From the NCBI GenBank assembly GCA_050013715.1, contig JBEKES010000017.1:1-16472 (forward strand): a stretch of 16,472 nucleotides of DNA, read 5' to 3'. The translations under genes were made by a program, and so were the position numbers. The DNA comes from Candidatus Micrarchaeaceae archaeon. Its GTDB lineage: Archaea > Micrarchaeota > Micrarchaeia > Micrarchaeales > Micrarchaeaceae. This document shows positions 9,277 to 15,746 of the stretch, one piece after another. The notes below the pieces were generated by a model that ran no database searches, was not told the DNA's origin, and saw only the letters and a list, made by a program, of their open reading frames with translations. Every line of letters starts with the position of its first letter. Position 1 is the stretch's first letter.

Positions 9277-10401
9277 ATGGTAAAAAAGAGGAAGCCAGTT
9301 AAAAAAGATAAAAAAGAGACATCTAAACCTAGGATCGTTTCACCTGACGATCAGGAAATATCCAAGTTTGCACAGGCCACAAAAACAAGAATTTACGTTA
9401 TAGGAGTTGGAGGCAGCGGCTCGAACACAATGACAAGAATGTCAGAACTGCATATAGAAGGCGCTAATCTTATTGCGACTAATACGGATGCACCACATCT
9501 TGAGAACACAATTGCACACAGGAAGATTCTGCTGGGCAAAACAACCACAAAAGGACTGGGAACGGGAAGCGACCCAGCACTTGGCGAAAAGGCAGCTGTT
9601 GAAAGCATGGAAGAGATCAAGAGAGCCGTGAGCGATGCACAGATGGTATTCATAAACTGCGGATTGGGAGGAGGCACAGGAACAGGAGCTGCGCCGGTCA
9701 TTGCAGGAACAGCAAAGGAGGCAGGGGCATTGACAGTTGCATTGGTAACGCTCCCATTCTCAAGCGAAGGCAAAACAAGGATGAAAAACGCATTGCAGGG
9801 ATTGTCAAGGCTCAGGAAAAACACAGATACAACAATAGTAATACCCAACGACAAGCTTCTAGCATTTGGAGAGGGGCTTACGCTTGACAAGGCATTCAAG
9901 AAGATAGATGACCTGCTGGCCGATGCAACCAAGGGAATATTGGAAATGGTGACAAAGCCAGGCATGGTGAACCTTGACTTTGCTGATCTCAAAGGAGTTT
10001 TAAAGGATTCGGGCTACGCAGTAATAGGTGTTGGAGAGTCTCATTCGACAAAAGAGGACAAGCGCATAGAAACCGCAATAGATGAAACATTGGGTAGTCC
10101 TCTACTTGACATAGACATGACAAAGGCAAAGAAAGCACTTGTAAGCATAAGCGGCGGAAGCGACCTTACGCTAAGGGAAGCTGAAAATGTCTTCCATGCG
10201 GTTTCAAGCAGGATAAATGAAGATGCGATGATGAAATGGGGAGCAAGGATTGATCCGAAGATGCACAAGAAAACTTTAAGAGTTATGGTGATTATGAGCG
10301 GTTTGGAGCTTGCCAAATACGTAGAAAACAGTTTGCAGGAATCTGTGCAAGCGCAATTGAACATAGACGAATTAGGAATTGACGAGATAGATTTTGACTG
10401 A
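9277..10401 (+). CDS. ftsZ: Cell division protein FtsZ
   Basis: VIGVGGSG.N, NTD, tubulin signature GLGGGTGTGAAP, PFSSEG..R, IPNDKL, T7 loop VNLDFAD, WGARID. Confidence 0.97.
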   Translation: MVKKRKPVKKDKKETSKPRIVSPDDQEISKFAQATKTRIYVIGVGGSGSNTMTRMSELHIEGANLIATNTDAPHLENTIAHRKILLGKTTTKGLGTGSDPALGEKAAVESMEEIKRAVSDAQMVFINCGLGGGTGTGAAPVIAGTAKEAGALTVALVTLPFSSEGKTRMKNALQGLSRLRKNTDTTIVIPNDKLLAFGEGLTLDKAFKKIDDLLADATKGILEMVTKPGMVNLDFADLKGVLKDSGYAVIGVGESHSTKEDKRIETAIDETLGSPLLDIDMTKAKKALVSISGGSDLTLREAENVFHAVSSRINEDAMMKWGARIDPKMHKKTLRVMVIMSGLELAKYVENSLQESVQAQLNIDELGIDEIDFD

Positions 10402-10457
10402 TATGAATTATCAGTTTTCTTTTTATAACTTACTTACCAAGTTTACCTGGTAATGAG

Positions 10458-10643
10458 ATGGGAGATTTTAAGTGTACTTTGTGCGGAGCCACATTTGGAG
10501 ATGTTGAGGAACTGCAGGATCATATCAAGGATGCGCACGGCGGAGCACCAGATGAGGAGAATTTTGAGTGCTCCATATGCGGGCAAAGATTCGAAAGCGC
10601 AGCAGATCTGGAATCCCATATGAGCGGAGCGCACCCTAGTTAG
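10458..10643 (+). CDS. Small acidic protein with two C2H2 zinc fingers
   Basis: FKCTLCGATF.....LQDHIKDAH and FECSICGQRF.....LESHMSGAH. Confidence 0.85.
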   Translation: MGDFKCTLCGATFGDVEELQDHIKDAHGGAPDEENFECSICGQRFESAADLESHMSGAHPS

Positions 10644-10686
10644 ATAACTTAGATTAAAGAGCATCTAGAGCTCTTGGTAGAGTATA

Positions 10687-10733
10687 GAATGGGGCCTTAG
10701 CCGAGACTTGTCTGTTTTGTTCATGTCCTCACT
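10687..10733 (-). repeat. Array site R5 (terminal, attR-like): upstream arm plus tRNA-His 3' core, no downstream arm
   Basis: + strand GAATGGGGCCTTAGCCGAGACTTGTCTGTTTTGTTCATGTCCTCACT; core GGCCTTAGCCG at 10693-10703. Confidence 0.9.
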
Positions 10734-11159
10734 TTAAATATCATTAAGTATAGCTAAAAGCTCCTTGGTTGTTATAACTATAACCCTATTTTGCTTTTTT
10801 AATGGTTTATCATTAGACCATATTTCACAATTTTTGTATAACGCAACAGCAAAATATGGTGAATCCTTCTTATCTGGAGCTATTTTTTCTGCAATTGACT
10901 TTACTTCTGTTAGGTCTTTATCACTTATAAGTTCTATATTTGCAGCGTATAACAATTCTAAAACTAATCTCATTATCTCTTTTTCTGGGATACCTGTTTT
11001 GGTTGATAGAAGTAGTGCGTGCTGTGAAAGCTCTTCCAGAATGAATGGAGGAGCACATAGCTTTATTGGGTTTGGCGTCCTATAAAGTAGAAGTTCTCTT
11101 GTGGTACTCTTCTTTATAAAAGCTGCAATTAGAATATTTGCATCAATAACCAGCTCCAT
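10734..11159 (-). CDS. vapC: PIN-domain (VapC-like) toxin
   Basis: LVIDANILIA, EEL, PDKKDSPYFAVAL, IWSNDK.L motifs. Confidence 0.9.
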   Translation of the reverse strand: MELVIDANILIAAFIKKSTTRELLLYRTPNPIKLCAPPFILEELSQHALLLSTKTGIPEKEIMRLVLELLYAANIELISDKDLTEVKSIAEKIAPDKKDSPYFAVALYKNCEIWSNDKPLKKQNRVIVITTKELLAILNDI

Positions 11160-11163
11160 TGAT

Positions 11164-11391
11164 TCACTTGCTAAATCCCATCTTTTTAGCTATTCCAGCA
11201 TTTACTTTTCTTCCAATTTTAATTGTATCTTTTTCCGTTAGTTTACTATTTTTAAGTAGTTTATTCATCTTTTCTAAAAGTGTTATTTTTAGTATTATAG
11301 CCTGTCTTGCAACCTCCGACCAATTTATTTCTGGATGCTCGTCCATCTTCTTTCTAAGTTCTTCAGATACTGATAATGTTAGACTTGTCAT
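11164..11391 (-). CDS. Ribbon-helix-helix antitoxin (VapB-like)
   Basis: TLSVSEELRKKMDEHPEINWSEVARQAI RHH pattern; ends 4 nt before the PIN gene. Confidence 0.88.
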   Translation of the reverse strand: MTSLTLSVSEELRKKMDEHPEINWSEVARQAIILKITLLEKMNKLLKNSKLTEKDTIKIGRKVNAGIAKKMGFSK

Positions 11392-11420
11392 ATTCTCACA
11401 TTTATATTATAGATAAACAG

Positions 11421-11460
11421 ATATTTATAGTTTACGTATATTACGTTTAATACGTTTATA
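11421..11460 (-). promoter_or_regulatory. Putative TATA box plus tandem operator repeats of the TA operon
   Basis: - strand TATAAATA about 30 nt upstream of ATG 11391; TACGT at 11433, 11442 and 11451 (9-bp period). Confidence 0.45.
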
Positions 11461-11489
11461 TACTAAAATATTGCATCATAAAAGCTTTG

Positions 11490-11933
11490 CTAATATCTAC
11501 TCCTATGAGCATTAACCTCTTTATTAATCTCTTTTTCAGATAATTTACCATATTTCTTATTTCTTTCTTTAACAAGTTTTGATAATGTCTTCCAATCATC
11601 TTTAAGGAGTTTAACTTCGTATCTCTCATTATAAGCAGGTATATGAACCAACAAGAGTTTCATTTTACCCTTGTAATTGTACGGCGTGTTTTTGGGTACG
11701 ATTATTACATCAGTTTTTCTCACCATTATAGTTTTACCATTTATAATAAATTCTCCAGAACCTTCAGTAACATAATAAACTCTATCACTTAACGTTGTTT
11801 TAATTTTACCATGTTCTCCATTGACTTTGAAAAACGCTACACTTGCATTTTTAAAATCATCTTTAGAGTTATAAGCTTTGCCTTCCAAACCTTTCCAACC
11901 AAACTTATACGCATTTTTTAGTGTAAATTTCAT
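11490..11933 (-). CDS. Cupin-domain protein with an unrelated basic C-terminal tail
   Basis: YYVTEGSGEFIING..IMV...DVIIVPKNTPYNYKG.MKLLLVH.PAY cupin motif 2. Confidence 0.85.
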   Translation of the reverse strand: MKFTLKNAYKFGWKGLEGKAYNSKDDFKNASVAFFKVNGEHGKIKTTLSDRVYYVTEGSGEFIINGKTIMVRKTDVIIVPKNTPYNYKGKMKLLLVHIPAYNERYEVKLLKDDWKTLSKLVKERNKKYGKLSEKEINKEVNAHRSRY

Positions 11934-11944
11934 AATATCATCTC

Positions 11945-12013
11945 ATTTTGTCATTGATTTGTCGATGAAATGGGCCTTAGCCGAGCCTTGTTTGTTTTGT
12001 TCATGTCCTACAC
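11945..12013 (-). repeat. Array site R4 (attP-like: arm, core, arm)
   Basis: + strand ATTTTGTCATTGATTTGTCGATGAAATGGGCCTTAGCCGAGCCTTGTTTGTTTTGTTCATGTCCTACAC; core at 11973-11983. Confidence 0.9.
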
Positions 12014-12697
12014 CTATGATTTACCATCCCATTCTTTGTAAAATCTTTTTAGATATTCTTCCATGAAATCGTGCCTTTGCTTAGCAATTTTCCTTGCAGT
12101 TCTAGTGTTCATTCGATCCTTTATTAATAGAAGTTTCTCGTAAAAGTGATTTATAGAGGTATTTTTCCTTTCGCCAGTATACTGTTTCCCGTACGATTTT
12201 GCAGTTAAGTTTATAAGTGGTTTAATATTTGGATTGTAAATCTCCTGTCCAAACTTTTGACCTGAGGCAAAAGTTCTTGCAATACCTATGGCTCCCATTG
12301 CATCAAGCCTGTCTGCATCCTGAACGATCATACCCTCTTTTGTTTTTATTTTTGACTTTGAAGCAGCACCTTTAAAAGTCATATCTTGAATAATGTCACA
12401 TACATGCTGAATTGTCTTGGGATCTACTTTTAGGCTTTCGAGCCACTCCTTTGCCTTCTTAGGCCCAATTTTAGAGTCCACATCATTCATCTTCCAATCA
12501 GCTATATCATGTAATAATGCAGCTAGTTGAACAACAAACATATCTGCCTTTTCCACTTTCCCTATAGTAATTGCATTTCTCCAAACTCTATAAACATGAA
12601 ACCAGTCATGACCTGTAGTTTCACCACTAAGTTTTGCTTTAACATATTGTGCTGTCATTTCAATGGCCTTTTGTTTGGTTGTTCCATCTTTAACCAT
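12014..12697 (-). CDS. HD-domain phosphohydrolase (YpgQ/YedJ-like)
   Basis: GHDWFHVYRV, LAALLHDIAD, IVQDADRLDAMGAIGIARTF, HFYEKLL...M.T..A..IA..RH.FM. Confidence 0.93.
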   Translation of the reverse strand: MVKDGTTKQKAIEMTAQYVKAKLSGETTGHDWFHVYRVWRNAITIGKVEKADMFVVQLAALLHDIADWKMNDVDSKIGPKKAKEWLESLKVDPKTIQHVCDIIQDMTFKGAASKSKIKTKEGMIVQDADRLDAMGAIGIARTFASGQKFGQEIYNPNIKPLINLTAKSYGKQYTGERKNTSINHFYEKLLLIKDRMNTRTARKIAKQRHDFMEEYLKRFYKEWDGKS

Positions 12698-12732
12698 TTA
12701 TTCACCATATGTTATAAAACTTTTTTATTTGA

Positions 12733-12802
12733 ATTTTGTCGTCGGAATGACGTCGAATGGGGCCTTAGCCGAGCCTTAGTTGTTTTGTTCATGTCCTCAC
12801 TT
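12733..12802 (-). repeat. Array site R3 (attP-like)
   Basis: + strand ATTTTGTCGTCGGAATGACGTCGAATGGGGCCTTAGCCGAGCCTTAGTTGTTTTGTTCATGTCCTCACTT; core at 12761-12771. Confidence 0.92.
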
Positions 12803-12811
12803 ATAAAAATT

Positions 12812-13465
12812 TTATAATGTAAATGCTTCAAATCTTGTTCTACCAATTTTTCTTGCTAATTTTCCAAAGTAAGCACAATAAAATTTGAAGTCATTGTCGA
12901 GATATATTTTTTCAAGTTCGTGTGGTGGAACTTTTCTCAATTCTCTTAAATTTAGTTCTTTAGGTAATCTAAGTGCAACGTTTGGAGTTTTTTTAATTGT
13001 TTTATTGAGAAGTATATCGGCTGGGGGTTGCATGCTGGAAAGTTTAGTAGCATGAGCAGATTTACTTTTACCAGCTTCTGCCCAATCTGGATCCAAAAAG
13101 GCAGCATCGATTTTTGGAATTTTTTTCATTACTTTATCTTCTAAGATATTCCCTAAAATAAATCTAATTTTCGAATTGACACCAGCAATTTTTATATTGT
13201 TTTTTGCTTGTTTAAGGTGTTCAGAGTTTATCTCAACAGTTATGACCTTCTTTACATTTTGGGCGAGAGGTATAAGCATAAAGCCAGCGCCAGTGCAGGC
13301 TTCTAAGATTATATCACAATCCGCAAATCTCTGAGCGATATGAGTTCCTAGTATTTGATGTATGCCCATGACATAGGTATCATTAGCTAGCTTGTAGTTT
13401 TCTCTACCAAATTTTTTGAGTATGTTTCCCTTATTCATATTTACCTTACCTTGAACGTGGGCCAT
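12812..13465 (-). CDS. Class I SAM-dependent methyltransferase, Tgs1/trimethylguanosine synthase-like
   Basis: HIAQRF, motif I ILEACTGAG, VITVEI...L..AKNN..IAGV, motif IV DAAFLDPDW, C-terminal AYFG.L; alternative start 13438. Confidence 0.8.
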   Translation of the reverse strand: MAHVQGKVNMNKGNILKKFGRENYKLANDTYVMGIHQILGTHIAQRFADCDIILEACTGAGFMLIPLAQNVKKVITVEINSEHLKQAKNNIKIAGVNSKIRFILGNILEDKVMKKIPKIDAAFLDPDWAEAGKSKSAHATKLSSMQPPADILLNKTIKKTPNVALRLPKELNLRELRKVPPHELEKIYLDNDFKFYCAYFGKLARKIGRTRFEAFTL

Positions 13466-13483
13466 GAACAGAATGCATAATTT

Positions 13484-13544
13484 ATTTTATCATCGGAATG
13501 ACGTCGAATGGGGCCTTAGCCGTGCCCTTGGTACAATTAGGGTA
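13484..13544 (-). repeat. Array site R2 (attP-like)
   Basis: + strand ATTTTATCATCGGAATGACGTCGAATGGGGCCTTAGCCGTGCCCTTGGTACAATTAGGGTA; core at 13512-13522. Confidence 0.92.
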
Positions 13545-13714
13545 ATCCCTTCTTTGTGTTTTCATTGAATTACAGAATATAGTACGCTGGCAATTTATTT
13601 AATTCTTTCTTAGGAACTAAAACAAGCTAGGAAACATGGCAAAAAGTTAATTATGCTCATAAAGTCTGATAAAAATTAGCTCTTAAAGAAGAGGAACTTA
13701 ACAGAAAGCCGAAC

Positions 13715-14131
13715 TCAATCAGTAAAGGGGCGTTCCATTCTGCTGCCACCTTTCGGGAAAAATACTGCCAGTTCATCAACAATACTTGAATATATTGCAG
13801 TTCTGCCTTGACCGATATCAGATACACCATATATTTCAAGATTTGCTGTATAATCAAGCTGGCTGTCCTTAATCCATTCCTGTGATGGGACTACATCAAA
13901 CGAAGTAGCCTTAGCAAGCCATAAAAATTTGACATTGATTTCGTTGCGTGCCTTGTCTATTGATACATCCTTTATCTCTCCTCGGTAGTAATAATGTTCC
14001 CCTTGATTCTGTATTTCAAGTTGACCACCTTTATAGGAATCGATTCTGCCTTCAAGAATTTGAACATCTTGTCTACTTTCTTGCCTCAAAGGAGTTGTTG
14101 TCTGAGATTTTTGTTGTTTAGTTATTGCCAT
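13715..14131 (-). CDS. Hypothetical protein (beta-rich)
   Basis: 138-aa ORF whose ATG directly abuts the stop of the upstream ORF; no family recognised. Confidence 0.7.
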   Translation of the reverse strand: MAITKQQKSQTTTPLRQESRQDVQILEGRIDSYKGGQLEIQNQGEHYYYRGEIKDVSIDKARNEINVKFLWLAKATSFDVVPSQEWIKDSQLDYTANLEIYGVSDIGQGRTAIYSSIVDELAVFFPKGGSRMERPFTD

Positions 14132-14650
14132 TTATATCACTTCATTCAATTGATCTTCTCTTAGAAGAACCATTAGTCCAGCACCACCATATCTTTCTAC
14201 AAGACCTTTTGCGTTGTCTGCATCTTTTTGTGGTGCTAAACCAACATCTGCATATAATTGTATAAGAAATGCATTTACATCAGTTCTGGACATTCTCATA
14301 TCTGGATGCATATATTTTAAATCTGAATCATAATAATCCGTTAATTTCTTAGCAATTTCATCGAATCTGTCTAATTTTTCTGCTTCATCCAAAAGCACAA
14401 ACGCGTCTGCAGATCTTCCATCATATAATTTTATGAGTTCTGACACTTTTTTACGATGGTCTTCTTTAAATAAAGCAAGTATTTCACTCATTTTGCTTTC
14501 ATCTACATCATAACGAGGCACAAGTGCACCAGCATTCGTTGGTACTCCAGGCAGAAGGTATATTCTAATATGTCTACCATCATATCTGTTGTCCGCATCT
14601 ACATACCTTATAGGTATTCCATTTTTTTGTATGGTTATTACCTTACTCAT
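14132..14650 (-). CDS. Hypothetical protein (about 172 aa)
   Basis: ORF 14132-14710; ATG 14650 preferred because GTGA and TTATATAT lie upstream; no family recognised. Confidence 0.7.
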   Translation of the reverse strand: MSKVITIQKNGIPIRYVDADNRYDGRHIRIYLLPGVPTNAGALVPRYDVDESKMSEILALFKEDHRKKVSELIKLYDGRSADAFVLLDEAEKLDRFDEIAKKLTDYYDSDLKYMHPDMRMSRTDVNAFLIQLYADVGLAPQKDADNAKGLVERYGGAGLMVLLREDQLNEVI

Positions 14651-14800
14651 ATCATCACTCAAAATACTCTGTTTTATTAGATATATATAATTAACTGACT
14701 TATAGTTCAAGCCTGGAATATCTTGAAAAGTATCAAATTTAGATTTACTAAAAAGAATAGAAAGAATAAATCAAAATAAGGTTGAGGGCCTTAACTTTTT

Positions 14801-14864
14801 ATTTTGTCATCGAAATGACGTCGAATGGGGCCTTAGCCGAGCCCTTATGGTTCAGTTTCAGGGC
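14801..14864 (-). repeat. Array site R1 (attP-like)
   Basis: + strand ATTTTGTCATCGAAATGACGTCGAATGGGGCCTTAGCCGAGCCCTTATGGTTCAGTTTCAGGGC; core at 14829-14839. Confidence 0.92.
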
Positions 14865-14914
14865 CTGATAAAATCAGTTTCTTAATATCCAATAATCATA
14901 AAACATTATATTTA

Positions 14915-15550
14915 TTAATTATTTCTCATTTTTACAATTATACTGATATTATTTTTATAATATGGAGGAGCTTCCCACGCTTTCTTGAAATGGTCGAAGC
15001 TAATCTTAATACTCTTACCATTTTTCTTGTAATAAGACATAAATGGATCATGAACAATGAAGTTTTTACCTTTATAACCTAAAATAACTACAGTGTGGGT
15101 GCTTTCGTTATTTATGTTCTTTTTATTGTACCAAGTTCTAGAGTGAATTTCAGGTATTACTGGTATTCCCTTTTTAAGTAGATTTTTAATCAATTTAATA
15201 TCAGCATTCTTATGTTCTTTAATTAGACCTAACTTCTTGGCTTTTTCTAATTTTGGCTTATACATTCTAAAAATAAACTTACTTGTTTTTGTCAATTCAA
15301 CATTTCTCTTTGGATCTGACCATATTTCCATTAGATATTTTTTGTCTTTCATTGCTAGCATTATAGTCGCATCCCAACAACCTAATGATTCCTTATTTGT
15401 CGGATCCATCAAAACAGATTTACGATATAGATTCTTTTGATCTATCTCTTGACCATAGAATTTAAGTACCATTGAAACGCATGCGGGAAAGCAAGAATAA
15501 CCATTAAACTGTCTTGCGTACGGTACATTGATTTTCGTTTTATCACATTT
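14915..15550 (-). CDS. C39-like cysteine peptidase; start codon unresolved
   Basis: In-frame extension above ATG 15472 reads INVPYARQFNGYSCFPACVSMVLKFYG (Q and catalytic C); HTVVILGY and IVHDP supply His and Asp; frame closed by TAG at 15553-15551. Confidence 0.8.
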   Translation of the reverse strand, partial: KCDKTKINVPYARQFNGYSCFPACVSMVLKFYGQEIDQKNLYRKSVLMDPTNKESLGCWDATIMLAMKDKKYLMEIWSDPKRNVELTKTSKFIFRMYKPKLEKAKKLGLIKEHKNADIKLIKNLLKKGIPVIPEIHSRTWYNKKNINNESTHTVVILGYKGKNFIVHDPFMSYYKKNGKSIKISFDHFKKAWEAPPYYKNNISIIVKMRNN

Positions 15551-15566
15551 CTATATTTTTACGCTT

Positions 15567-15593
15567 ATTCTGTCGTCGATTTGACTTCGAATA
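15567..15593 (-). repeat. Downstream arm fused to the tRNA-His 3' end (attL-like, R0)
   Basis: + strand ATTCTGTCGTCGATTTGACTTCGAATA, homologous to the arm in R1-R4. Confidence 0.85.
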
Positions 15594-15700
15594 GGCCTTA
15601 GCCGGGATTTCCTTAAGCTTTTCGATACTTCAAAAAGTTTATGTCGGACCCGGTCTAGAGGATCCACAGTCCTCCGTGCGGCCGTTACACCACTAAGGCC
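15594..15700 (-). tRNA. tRNA-His(GTG) with encoded G-1 and a 35-nt T-loop intron (position 59/60, about 15642-15608)
   Basis: - strand G-GCCTTAG TG GTGT AACGGCC GCAC G GAGGA CT GTG GA TCCTC TAGA CCGGG [T loop plus intron] CCCGG CTAAGGC C; G-1:C73 His identity; anticodon at 15667-15665. Confidence 0.9.
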
Positions 15701-15746
15701 ATTCATTAGTATATTTGCACGAACTGTTTTTAATTCCTTTGATTCC

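Larger units (their letters stand above)
10687..15604 (-). mobile_element. Tandem array of five integrase-free gene cassettes at the tRNA-His 3' end
   Basis: Six copies of core CGGCTAAGGCC spaced 765, 1317, 751, 788 and 1280 bp; all enclosed genes on the - strand; no recombinase ORF. Confidence 0.8.

Noticed and set aside
9393..9992. 199-aa antisense ORF within ftsZ, and the other overlapping antisense or alternate-frame ORFs in the track
   Set aside because: Shadows of well-supported genes with no motifs or translation signals
14786..14793. GGGCCTTA beside R1 as an additional att core
   Set aside because: Only 8 nt match with no arms; could be chance or an unprovable relic
10687..14864. 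Classical integron attC sites
   Set aside because: No RYYYAAC...GTTRRRY ends, no long bottom-strand hairpin and no intI in the window; the analogy is architectural only
10687..14864. Repeats as split-tRNA 3' halves or additional tRNA genes
   Set aside because: Only about 11-13 nt match the tRNA; no T-arm 5' strand, BHB or leader complementarity seen
10687..15604. CRISPR array interpretation of the recurring GAATGGGGCCTTAGCCG motif
   Set aside because: Spacing is 0.75-1.3 kb with whole genes in between, there are no cas genes, and the core matches the tRNA-His 3' end
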